Assembly: GCF_000181795.1 (NCBI RefSeq)
Contig: NW_003526941.1
Span: 10,096,493 to 10,160,492, forward strand
Direction: 5' to 3'
Source: Trichinella spiralis
Taxonomy: Eukaryota
Length of the DNA stretch: 64,000 nt
The position numbers and the translations under genes are program-made. Shown one piece after another: positions 11,551 to 23,776 of this stretch (position 1 is its first letter; each line of letters starts with the position of its first letter). The notes beneath the pieces were generated by a model. That model saw nothing but the letters and a program-made list of their open reading frames with translations. It did no database searches and was not told where the DNA came from.

Positions 11551-12522
11551 ATGCCTTCGATAGATTCGAAATCTGATCATGTGAACCATTATTCTCATCA
11601 ACATCGTCAAGGTATATGAGATTTGCATTTCTTGATTGAGCACGATCATTTTTGAACTAAAATTCATGAAAGGTAGATGGTCAATATTATTAATTCGTGA
11701 CACTTACTACTGATCCGTATTTTTTTGCTCGTTACTGATGATGAAATAACATTTAAAATTTTTTCTTTTTTTACATATTTTTTACATTTTGACATGCATT
11801 TTTTTTGAAATATTAGAACGAAACATCTTTGGAAAAATGAAAAATACACAAACTGGCTCATAAGAATAACTTTCAAATTAGTTCATGCTTATTTTATTGA
11901 CAATTTTTTTTGCTATTCTACTTGCTTTTATTATGTTATAGATTTTATTTGTTTTCGTTATTCAATTGTTAATGAATTTTTTTGTTGTATTTAGCGGAAG
12001 CTACCATAGTTACAACGAAGCCTTTGTTTCGGAAGTCCAGAAGAAGAAATTTCGTACGCCATACTTCATTAACTCGTGAACATCAAGAACTTATTCAGTT
12101 TGCGAAAAAAAGTTAGTAAATTAGTAATTTAAATTACCATATTGAATGAAGGTGAATCATGTCATTATGGTAGTGATTCACAACTTTCAGTTGTTTTATT
12201 TGATAATAGGTGTTGTTGTTGTTGTTGTTGTTTGAATGATTTCATCCGTTGCAAAATGTGTGTTGTAGAATGGGATGAATTTATGGTGGAATATGAACGT
12301 GCTCGAAAAGCGAACAATAGCAGCTCTGTGATGTATCCTCCTACTAGTAATACTAATAATAACGACAACCATTTTCGAAATGGTATAATTCGATTGATAA
12401 TAATAAATTTCCTCATCTGAATTCACTTGTGTAATTTATAATTTGCAGAGAAGAAGCAGTTTGATTTCGGAAGGCAAAAAGTTAAAAAAGGCATGATGAC
12501 GACGCATAAATTGAAGAATTAA
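11551..12522 (+). CDS. Small FAM195/MCRIP-like protein (~121 aa, 4 exons)
   Basis: Exons 11551-11611, 11995-12111, 12269-12382, 12449-12522, all phase-1 GT-AG junctions. The product contains KPLF...LTREHQELIQFAKKKWDEF...VMYP...KQFDF, resembling the FAM195 pattern HEE..RF....W....V.Y...F.P.DL. Confidence 0.6.
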
Positions 12523-12876
12523 AAAATTGTGAAGTTGAAAATTTTTTATTTGCTTTAAAAAGTTTTTGTTTTGACATTTGTGAGTTTTTTTTACCAAACT
12601 GTTTTGCAATGTAGACGTGAAATTTATTTGTTTTAACATGAATTTCTTGCAGAAATGGTATTTTCCTTTTTTTGGTTAAATAAAGTGTTCTGTGAAAAAA
12701 ATTTTTTTTGTTCTACCTTATAGCTATTTAGCTGGTCACACGTGTTGTCGATGATATTTTTTTTCTGTTATTCATATTTTTCGAAGTTTTCTTTTTTGAT
12801 TAATGTGAAACGTTTTATTCTTTCTATATTGCAGTGTTTTCTATTTTGATATTTGTCCAACATTGCAACGTGGCGG

Positions 12877-14495
12877 ATGGACTCGACTCCGCGTATTATT
12901 TGCGCGACTTTCATGCATTCGATGCAGCATAGCATGGAAAGCATCGAAAAGTGTCCCGAAAGTGCGGAATATTTGTTGAAGCTGAAATCACCCAAGCTCG
13001 AATATGTTGGTCGTAGTGTTGCTTGTGTTGGCGATAATGAACTGGTGGTTGCCATTCGGCATCGAAAAACGAAGCGTACGGTACTTTTGCCAGCCATCAT
13101 GGTGGAATTTAAGCCGCAGTTGACGGCCGATTTGACCACTTCTTCTAGGTAAGTTTCTGGGTTTGGAAAAAACCATTTTTTTATTTTATTTGTTTGTTTG
13201 TTTTTAGTTTGCTTTTGAATTCCCCAGCCGCCACGAAGAACGAATTGATCATGTCTTTGAGCAGCCAGCGCAGGACGCTGAGTATGAAAGCCAGACAAGT
13301 TCACCGCACTCTTCATATGGTAACTAACTGTAGCAGTATTTTTTAAATATGCACCGTATATTTGTTCTATTTCACCCGCAGTCAGGCGAATTGTTGAACA
13401 TTGCCACGGAATTTATCAGTACTCAGGACGATTCTGAGCTGAACAACGATGGCTTCAGTGTTGTATTGCCTCCCGCTAATTTGAAAGCTACTTGTCCCCA
13501 AGAAATATACAACTTGCATGACATCATCACCGCCGAGCGACTTGAAAAGATGGATGAATTTTTGGAAAGCTTTTTCAACATCCCGAACAAGGAAAAGCAA
13601 GCGATTGGTAAGTTACTGCGGTAAACAACAGTCTATTGAAACAAACAAACGAGCAGTTTAAAAATTGCTTATTTGAATTGATTTCAGTAAATTTATCTAT
13701 ACACGTTTGTCCAATAGTTTGTAGAATGTATTTTTTTTTCAACTAGTAAATTTAAAATCCTTCGCGGAATAGCTTTGTTTTATTATGCGAAAATTTTAAA
13801 CTTGCTTTTTGCGAAGCATCAACGGAGTGGATATGTTAATTTTTTTTTACTTTTATGAAATTTTCATTTTATTTCGTAACACTTGTTTCTCCATGTTGAA
13901 ATGCCACTTGGATGGAAGCAGTGGACGACGGTAAATGGAAAACAAAGTTTTTCCAAATAGCCAATATGCAAAACTATTTGTTGACAATTATTTGACCGTA
14001 TGTTTTGTTGTTTAAGAATTTATTCATTTTTCTTTTCTAGGATGTGGAAATTTTGTCATAATGCTTGCAGAAAAATGTCAAGATCCGATTCAGAGACGTT
14101 GTTTATTTTATTTGAGTTGCTTGTTTCGGCTGGCGTGGCTGTATTCGTCGAAGAGGGTTGTTATGGTTGAAGACATGGAAAAAGCTGCCCTACCATTTTC
14201 CATTGGATCCAAATTGCTGCAAGTGTACGGTCGTTCTAAGGGTAGATTCAACAAAGAGAAGCTGTCCTTGTCCACTGCATCCCGGGATGCGCTGATTGCC
14301 CATATTGTTTTGCTATCACTTGCGCTGAACAATTTTTCCGTCCCAATTCAAGACCTCTGTACCAACGCAACGTTGAGCAATTCTCGTGTAAGAAGCATCA
14401 GTCGAGCACTTGGATGCAACGTGATCAAATCCAATGATCAGCAGTTGATTGTTCTCAGACAGCCGCCCAAGTCTCAGTCAAGCACCCGTAAGTGA
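12877..14495 (+). CDS. POLR1E: RNA polymerase I subunit RPA49/PAF53 (A49-like)
   Basis: Exons 12877-13148, 13208-13319, 13382-13607, 14041-14495 join in frame. VLPPANLKATCPQEIYNLHDII and RDALIAHIVLLSLALNNF...ISRALGC match A49/PAF53 motifs. Confidence 0.8.
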
Positions 14496-15410
14496 CACTT
14501 GATGCAAGTGAATCTGTTGTGAAATGACGTTCATTTGTTAAAATTAAAAAAAATAAATATTTTTTCATATTTTTTTATACTTTATCCTCCATTGTCTCAC
14601 TGAAAGTGCGTGGAATGGTCAAAGTTTCAGAAAAGTGAACAAATCGTCCACGTACAGACGTATACGAAAAGTTGCTGTTCAATATTCTTACAGTTCGTTC
14701 ATGGAATATTTATATTTAAATACACAACAATTGCACTATAAATGCTTGCTTCTTTGCTCAGTTCTTAATATGGCAGTGAATGTCAAATATCAGAAGATTT
14801 CATCAGTGTCATCTGTGAGTGTTATGTTCATTATATTTAATTCTACACTGATATGAATGTAAAATGTAAATGCTTTTTGTGATTTATTATCAATATCATG
14901 ACAAATAGTTATTTATGAAAATCGAATGGAAAAGCTTTGACACCGTATAAATATTGTTGTGCACCTCGAGTAGCATTTGTTTTGCTCGTATCTGTGCTGT
15001 TTTCGTGTTTTGTTGTTGTTGGCATTGTTTTTCCCTTCTAGCGTTCCAACTGCCCACCTGTGGGATGCACATTCAACAGTGTACTTTAAGATTATCAGAT
15101 TAATTAAGTGAAAATATTTGTCTCTTCTTGAATATTAAATTTCCGTTAGAGGAAACAAAAAAAATCTAAACATTTTAAGTTCAATTTGAAAAAGCAACAG
15201 TTTCTTTCTCACAAGTAAAAGACGAAAACAAGCAACAGCATAAGATACAAAAGAAAAGAAAAGATTGTTGATCTGTATCAAAAAAATTAATATTTCAATT
15301 TGTTATTAAACTCAAGCGTCTAGATATAACTGTAAAAGAAGCTCCATTTTTTAATTTGTACTTGCTTTTCGCATTGAATTTTACTGTGAACACAACACGT
15401 CGATTATCCC

Positions 15411-16680
15411 AAAGCGATTACTGTTTCTTTCTATGATGCAAGATATCAAAATGTCGTTTTTCTTACAGAGAATTATTTAATCTTATATTACAACTTTATA
15501 TTTTCGAAATTTAGATCATCAAAGACATTAGATAAATTATAATTTTTTTCCTAGCCTTCCTATGCTAATATTTTTGTGAAAAGCATTTTGCCATGAGTTC
15601 TATTTATGTAGATCATTTTTGAATTTTCAACCCTTAAATCCAGAAATGTGGAGGCGTGTTTTGACTAAATCAATGTTTTTGTTATGGTGTATTTTGTCCG
15701 ATAGTTAATATTTTGACTGAATTGTAAATGACGAGGTCATTTTTGAATTTTCAAATAACTGTCATTGATTGTTTAATTTGTCACTCTGTTTGAAGTGTTT
15801 CATCAAATTATTACTTTTTCTCTCTTCTTATAACAAGCCAGCATTTAATGGAATTTAATATAAGAATTAAGTATGCATTTCATTTTTTTATTTTTCCACT
15901 ATTTAAATTATACTTAGGAATAGAAATGAAATTAGTGATTCCGCAACGAGAATTGCTTTTTCGTTTGGCACGGCTACAGTTAAATTTTCTCTCAAACACA
16001 GAGCATTACTTAAGTAAATAAAGAGCAATGAAAATTATGCGCTAGTGATATTTATTAGCAGAAATGAATGAAATAAAAATTTGAATACGAATTTGATTGC
16101 TTTAATGCAAATAATTTTAGTTTCACTCCGTCCGTGGATGGAAGCACTGCGTTTTGATTGGAAAATTAACTGCATACCACCAACATTAAATGCCAAACAG
16201 TTCATTTGATTTTTATTATTCATTATTATTTATGGAAATAATTTTTCAATCAACATTGAAAGAGTAGTATGAACATCAACAATGAGAAGACGATGCATTT
16301 ATTGTGGTAGTAAGTGGCAGTTTTTTCTTTTTTTAGTGGTAATTACTTAATAAATGCAGTTGAGAATCGATAATGAGCATAATTTTTCAAAATAGATGAG
16401 AATGGTCTATAGTGATATTTGTTGAAATTTTGTATGTAAGTTAATTAATTAGAATTTTTAATAGATTTTCATTTTTCTACATTTGACTACAATCATTCAA
16501 TTATATAATAATGCATCATAGTAGATGCGATTTATGAATGATAAATTTTGAATTGAAATTGTATTTTCCATTTCGTTCGATGCTTTGCCGAGATGATAGG
16601 TGATTTAATAAGGTTGATTAATTTAATTTAATATTAAATTTCATCCTGTACACATTGTTTATTTATTATTAAAATATGGT
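15411..16680. repeat. Inverted duplication, right copy (partner 1-1299)
   Basis: Direct reverse-complement comparison with 1-1299. Confidence 0.95.
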
Positions 16681-17419
16681 CTTTCGAAAATCCACTTTTC
16701 AGTAGCTAACATGCACGTACGTTCAGCAGATTATAAGCAAGCTTTGGCTAGGAAATTGCTCACTTAAAATTAGCATTAGAATTGCTGAAAAGTAATTCCT
16801 TTTTCTACTTATGTTATTCTTTTTCAAATTTTTTAATATTTATTTTCTGAGCGTTACCGCTTAATTAAAACCAGTTAATTAATATATTTGAAAATTCAAT
16901 TTTCAAATTGTCGTTACTTTTACTACGTGATGAAGCGAGAACATTTTTCATTTAATATTTAAAATTTCTACAGATATGAACAATGAAAAAAAAGTGAAAA
17001 CGCTGTCGACACGAAGCAAAACGCGGACGGCAAGAAGCAGAAGAATATAAGAGTAAAGGTATGTGCAGTTTTTTGTTCGTCTTGATTCTGAAAGACTGAA
17101 TTTGAAAGGGCGGAGTTATTCCTATGTTAAATTAAGTTACTTAAGCTTATTATATGTAAGATGTAAGTAAGATATTTTTGACTGTGAAATTCCATCTTTT
17201 GACTTTTATATTATGTTGAGATTAGGTAAGAATTCATCTTTATGAAGTATTTCTATCGTCCTTAAACCACTTTTAATACTGCGAGAATTGTTTCTGCCCA
17301 TTTAGTACAAAAGCATCCATCGAAAATCGTCTTTTTATTAGCTCAACAAGCTTTCACTTTCAAATTATGCACTTGAAAAGGTCTTTCTGCATAAGAAATT
17401 AACTTCCATTTATGTAGGG

Positions 17420-17575
17420 CATTTTTGAATTTTGAAATCTCAAATTGAAATATGCGGAGGCGTGTTTTGACTCAGTTAATGTTTTTGTTATGGCGTTTTC
17501 TGCCAGATAATTTACTTGAAATATTAAGGTCATTTTTGAATTTTCAATAGTTTCATTGGTTGAATTTGGCAGTGC
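17420..17575 (+). repeat. Diverged direct copy of ~15612-15790
   Basis: Both loci share ggaggcgtgttttgact...aatgtttttgttatgg and ggtcatttttgaattttcaa. Confidence 0.75.
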
Positions 17576-20500
17576 ATCCCAATTTTTTTCAACTCGTTTG
17601 AAATAATTGTCATTTAGTGATGTACAATTGCTAGTGTTACGGTTCACCGTACATGAATTTTTATTTTTTCCATTGCGTCAGCGTTAGGTTAGAATTCTTT
17701 TTTGAGAATAATTTTGAATGCATGAAAACTGGTTTCTAGCGCTGCATTATGCAAATAAGGGTCGATTGAAAATTGCCTTATCATCTGTAACGGTGCATTG
17801 TTTGTTCGACTTACGTGGCAATTGGTAGCGTCGTGAAACGTTTTCTGAGTTTATTTATGACGTTAGTAAGTACTGAAGTCCGTTTTCAATTGTTGAAAGT
17901 ATTCCATTTTTCGCGTACTGTTACTTTGTTTCGAAACTCTCTATGTTGTCATTTTGTTCACGTTATTTTTAATTGAAAATCCGTCACTTTTTCTATTTCA
18001 AAACTCTTTCTTTCCCAATTTTTCAATCTTGCTATGTGATAATGCGATAAAAATTTTTGATTTAACATTCAGCATATTCTTACAGATACAACCAATGAAA
18101 AAAAGAAAAAGTGAAAACAGGCGACATGAAGAGCAGATCACGAACGGCACGAAGCGGATCGCGGACGGCACGAAGCAGAACAAAAAGAGACAAAAGGTAT
18201 ATGCAGTTCCCCGTGGTTCCCCATTCTGTAAGGCTGGGCTTGGGATACGTTGTAATTCATATACACTGGCAATGAGTATGAAGCCAAGAGGTAGAAATCA
18301 GCATTTACAACCCAATTCACCAACATCACTTTTATGACGAATTCACTAGGAGGAATTGTGCCATGAGGTTTCACCATGTTTTATAAATTTAATTGAGTCA
18401 AGTGAATTCTACAAAAATGATCCTTCTTTGATATCTGAATTTTCAGTTGCAACAACTTTTGCTGTTTTTGAAAAATTGATGATGTTTTTTCAAACCGTTG
18501 CAGAATATTTTTCATTGGAATCAGTAAATGAATGTGCATTTGTGCACGATGTAAAGTGTAAAGGGGCAAAACCCATAAATTTTTAATAATTTGCTTCTGT
18601 ATTTTGTCCATGCATATAACAATGTTGCCGGTTCCACACTGACTAAAGTGACAACCGTGATGCGCAATTTTTAGTACTTCAACCCAGCATGTGCATTATA
18701 TTAAATTATCAATTCATTATGCTTGTGTTTTAAGTAAATGTTATGTTTTGCCATTATTCTGTTTTAGGCATTCATTTTTCTTCTTTTCAAAGTGGTTGAT
18801 CAAAGTCTGATTGAAATGTTCACTAAACAATCTGTTTTCTCAAATTAATGAATGAATTTTGCTGAATATTGCGACATATTATTATCGTGCCAGTGCAGCC
18901 CCATTTACGTAAGACACTATTTTATACTTCTTTAATTTACGCCACAATATTATTTGTGATAGATAGTGGCTTTGATTATTATAATCTTTGGTGTTGGCTC
19001 ATTACATTGTTATTATACGTTTTCAAGGCATACATGCATTTCTAGGTCAGCAGAATAACTTTATGCTAATGTGATGGTAAACACTGCCGTTGGCATTCTG
19101 CTACGTGCACTTTGTGCTATTCAAATGCGGTAGCAATGTTCCTTATATAAATTTCTGTTTATTGAGAGAACTGCACTATAGTATAAATGTTCGCTGCTGA
19201 AGGGCGGTCTAATTACTTACTGCATTGCGTTATTTGGTCATTTCGATGCTTCACTGCAACAATTACATTGTCATTGTTAGACTAAAAATATGAAGAAACC
19301 ACGAACATCAGTTACAAAATGTATGGCTCTACGTTTGTTTTATACGTCATCCCTGACAGGTCTACTGACAGGTATGAATTTTCAAATATTTGCTATTTTT
19401 CATACAATGCTTTCTTTCTTTCTCTTGGCACACTGCACTAAACATGCGCGCTTTTTAAGCTTTTCGTAGTTGTTTGATTTTAGTCTTTTTGAATGGAAAC
19501 TAGCGCGTTGTTCTTCAGTAATGATGTTTAATTAATATTCGAGACTTTATTACGGCAAAGCCATTATATAATAGTACTAATGGTATATTTTGCTATAATT
19601 TTCAATAGTCCTTACAAATCCATTTGTAAAGTAGTACTCTGACATAGCAGTTGAACCCCTCTTGCATTATCTTTACTGCCCAGTGTAATGTTTATTGCTA
19701 ATTGTTTAAAGGAAATGTTTGTCACCAGGATACTGCAGTCGCACAATCCCATCCCTAAATGTTTGTCACTGCTCAAATCGTGCACAAGATTGTTTCAGCA
19801 TGACATAGGAAAGTTGCTGTTAGCTAGAGAACACTTTTATACTACCACCTTTGATACTTTCAGAATGGCAGTAACGTTCCCTTCATTTTTGAAATGACTC
19901 CTTAAAGTTTCTATTATGTCATTGTATCGCCAATAGGACTGACTTATACAGATGCCCCTATTTTCTGTCATTGAGAAAATAACTCAATGCCCATCAATGT
20001 TGGCAGTATTGATAAATGAAACAACGCCTGAATATTATACGTGGAGATTGAGTAGAAGAACGCATATGACAATTTCCACCTCCTCCATCCCTCAACTTCT
20101 CCCTCATTCCTTCCTGCTATGCTGTCCCGCCCTCCTTTCTTGTCTAATGATTTCCATCATTGAGCTCGTAATAATATTAAGCTGAACAGAGATCGCATTA
20201 AACTGAAAATTCTGCCCACCCCCTATTTCGAGTTGAATGGACAGCACTTAGCTGTTTTTATCTCATATAAATCTAATTTCTCATAATTGCTGTCGACTAG
20301 CAACATAACCAAATCCAGGCTACTCCTGATTCTTTTGTTTTATATTTTTCATAAAATTCAATACAGAATTGTTATCCGCATAAGTTTCTTGAATTCATTG
20401 CAAATCGTTGAGTTACTTAATTTCTGCAGGTTGGTTTATCTCACATTGTATGTGGCGCGCTGATGCAGTGCTCAACCAAGTTTGCAGTCTTACTATAAAT

Positions 20501-21894
20501 CATCATAAGGTGTAAACAAAAGTTTAGTTAAAACAAAATTTTAATAGTAAATAAGTTTTCAAGTGGCATACCCACTGGTGCAGCCGCTTACCCTCATGAT
20601 ATCTACGCTGCGCACTTGTTAAAATCTGTCCTGAGATAAATTGTATATTATAAAATTTCTGTCGCAGTTATCATCATAAAATTTCATGTCAACTGTTTAA
20701 TTTTCCATAAATCTGAAAACGTATTTTATTTTCGAAACTATTTTCAGTGGAAGCTATTTTATATTATCCATATAATTTTGATTAGATGAAAAACATTGAT
20801 AAAATATAAATTATTGAATCACCTTGTACTTTCAGGCAACTAAATTACACAACGCGCATAAATACGCAGTGATAGCATTTCCGTTTATTTTTAGTAATCT
20901 GCGATGCTTCTGGTTAATAATATTTCCTTGTAGGTAATTTTAGGGAAAAAATTTGCATAACAATACCATATTACGTAGTAATATGAAGTGTGTAAATAGA
21001 AACGTAATAAATTTCATCGTCTCGTTTCATAATGTTGCTCATATTGTTTATTTTAGTGCGCTATTACTGATGGAAAATTAGGTTGTTCTTCGTGAAGCAA
21101 AGTAAATAGTCATTTGCATAATTTATTTATTATACAATTGACCAAGCACATCGATTTTATTAGGTTATGCAGTTCACTGCAATGCTATCAATCTAGCACG
21201 TGGTCAACTATAATTCCGCTTTTCAACACCATCCATGAATAACTGGTAAGTTGGATTTGATATTTTGGTGGTGGTATGCTATGCATGTTACTTTACATAT
21301 ATGCTGAATGGAAACTGGGTGTCTTTCTAGTGTTATTATTGCTAACTTTTAGATACATCAGATGCTGAAGACGAAGAAGATTCTATTTCTGTTTTTCATT
21401 TATAGATGACTGCATTAATATAATTCACTTTTAGAATTTGCATTATTTTATATTCATATCAATGAATATGAAACAACCAAATTCTGAAAACTAACTGAAT
21501 TTGGTAACTATGCATCATCATGAATATGCCTTGCTTTTTACTTGAATATTTCTGTTAAATTTAGGTTGAAGGTGGCAATGCCATTAGCGCCACATTGCTT
21601 TCATTCTAACTGCAGCACTAATGTTAAATTATCATGTATATGATATCATAGATTAGGTGCTCTTGATTCAATTCTTTTTAGAATTGAAAATTACATTTGC
21701 CTTGCTACATTTTGAAAATGCCCAGATGCAATCTATTATCAGTAAAGACAGGTAAAAGCTGTTGAACAGTTGTTGTTGAACATTGCTGACCTAGCGTTCA
21801 CAAAACGTATGACAAAAAACAGTAAGTGTTGAATTTGTTTAATTAGATAGCAAGACGATAGGCGTATTAAATATAGGTAGAATTAGGTAACTTC

Positions 21895-22630
21895 TGTGGT
21901 TACAGATTACGTCATTAGCTGAGTTTTTATGGTGTTTCTTTTGCTCTGGGCAACGTGATAAGTCATGTTCACATCATTTCGTTCTGTATTTGGCATCACA
22001 AACATCCGTAAGTAATGAATTTGCTCCTGATTGCAGTTGGATCGTACTGTGTTTGATCCAATGACGTTTCCCAGTTGTTCTAGTGTGGTTTCACTTATCA
22101 TAAAAGTAAGAAGGAATGGATTGTAATTGTAGCAGATTCCGCTGAGTCAGTCGAGCAGCGTTCGTACAAATCCTGACAAGGTATTGGTGGTGCTTGTTGC
22201 TGTCAGTGCGTTTCCACTGTGATACGACAAAAATTAGTGAGTAGCTTTTGTTTATAATAGCTGTGGATTACGTCATCCCATGAAGCTTGTGCCGTTTCCA
22301 TCCCGTGTTCGAATAAGCCGTGCGTCTAAGCCGTCCGCAACGTGCTTAGACATGTTCACATCAGTTTGTTCTAAATGTGGCATCACAAACATCCGTAAGT
22401 ATTTAACTTGCTCCTGATTGCAGTTGGGTACGTAAAGTGCACATTTTATCCATGACAGCATTACATTAACATCAAGCGAATTCGATGTTTCTTCTGATGG
22501 CCCTTTGAGTTGAAGTTGACGCAATGACGTTCATTGTACCGTTTGCAACCCGTGTTCGCACAGACGTAAATGCGTTTCCTATCCGTCCCAGTGTGCCTTT
22601 ACTTATCACAAATAGTAAGAAGGAATTTGA
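21895..22630 (-). repeat. Two diverged tandem units sharing a conserved core (366-bp offset) that reads NCNQEQ..YLRMFVMP..E..DVNM..HVA; pseudogene-like
   Basis: catgttcacatca...ggcatcacaaacatccgtaagta...ttgctcctgattgcagttgg occurs at ~21965-22040 and ~22331-22406. ORFs 21907-22101 and 22273-22524. Confidence 0.85.
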
Positions 22631-23084
22631 TATGACAGCAATGAAATATGTTAAACAGAACAGGTCGCTGTACATCCCAGCATTTTGTTCTTCATAGTCA
22701 TCATCAGAAAATATTTGTTTAGTCGCAGCCGATGGCACTCTCAAATTGCGTTTCCTACGGTTCTGTTTTTTCTTGTCACGCAAGGTAAGGAAGAATTGCA
22801 TTATTTTTTGGAGAATTGTTTTGTATTTAAAGTTTTAGTGCGTAACTGTGAAGAGGAGAGCCGCATCTTGAATGATCTCTATCGAATAAAGTAGTTTTTT
22901 ATTATGCTACTGTTATTCGTCTTCAATTATAACTGTAATATTCTTGTAATATGGTATATGACTATACTGAACTATGAATTTTAGAATCATGGCATGTTTA
23001 TAATTCTTCATTATTATGGCATAGTTTATAATTCTTCATTAAGAGCCGTAGAGAGCGTAAAGTACTGGTACGTACCATCAAAGT

Positions 23085-23375
23085 AAGTGGACAAATTAAT
23101 GCAGGTAAGTAGAGTCGAGGATATTAAAGTGATTGCGTACAGGTAAATGGACTGCAGGTAAGTACTGAAGGTAAGTATGATAACGTAGGGTGCAGGTGAG
23201 TAAAATGAAAAGGTAAGTTGCAGGTAAGTATATATAGTATGATAGCGTAGAGTTAAGTGGATTAAAGTGTGATAGCGCAGAGGTAAAGGTAAGTATGAGG
23301 TGAAACTCTACGCTGAATGGAGTACGGGAAAGCGTAGTTAAGCAGTGAGGTAATTGGAGAACATGTAAGTATCGA
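23085..23375 (+). repeat. Cluster of 5' splice-site consensus motifs
   Basis: Six exact GGTAAGT (~23104, 23157, 23170, 23212, 23223, 23288), three as CAGGTAAGTA, plus CAGGTGAGTA and CAGGTAAAT, separated by heterogeneous spacers. Confidence 0.85.
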
Positions 23376-23390
23376 ATTGCAGAAGTAAGA

Positions 23391-23776
23391 AGCCTGGGGC
23401 TGAATTATGTAAATTTTCGAAAAAAATACCTGAGGGAATGCCCTGGGCGTAGCCTAAAAGCAAATAAAAAATTTGCATATCCCCCTGAAGGCAAATATTG
23501 TGCAATAATATGCTTTCGGCGTAGCCTGCGGGAATATGCAAATTTTTATTTGCCCTGAGGCATAGCCTGAGGCGACGCCTGCGGCTAAATTTCAAAAAAT
23601 TTCGAAATTTTCAAAAAATTGCCTGAGGCATAGCCCCAGGCGTAGCCTGAGGGCAAATAAAAATTTGCATATTGCCCTGAGGCGATTAAAAATTAGCATA
23701 AAACCCCCCTTAGGCCAAATTTTGTGCTATAAATTGCCTGGGGGATAGCCTAAGGGCATATGCAAATTTTAATTTG
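23391..23776. repeat. Tandem array of the palindromic ~224-bp unit, truncated by the gap
   Basis: Perfect 24-bp inverted repeat 23533-23556 / 23650-23673 around AAATTTCGAAATTT. The unit restarts at ~23717 (caaattttgtgctataaa, compare 23493 and 1311). Confidence 0.9.

Noticed and set aside
18138..18377. Peptide VYMNYNVSQA resembling VNMTYHVAQS of the arm module
   Set aside because: Too short to separate from chance without a profile search.
1310..23776. One giant TIR transposon (Maverick/Polinton-like) carrying host genes
   Set aside because: No integrase, polymerase B or transposase seen. The terminal units are in direct orientation, and the interior holds ordinary intron-containing host genes.
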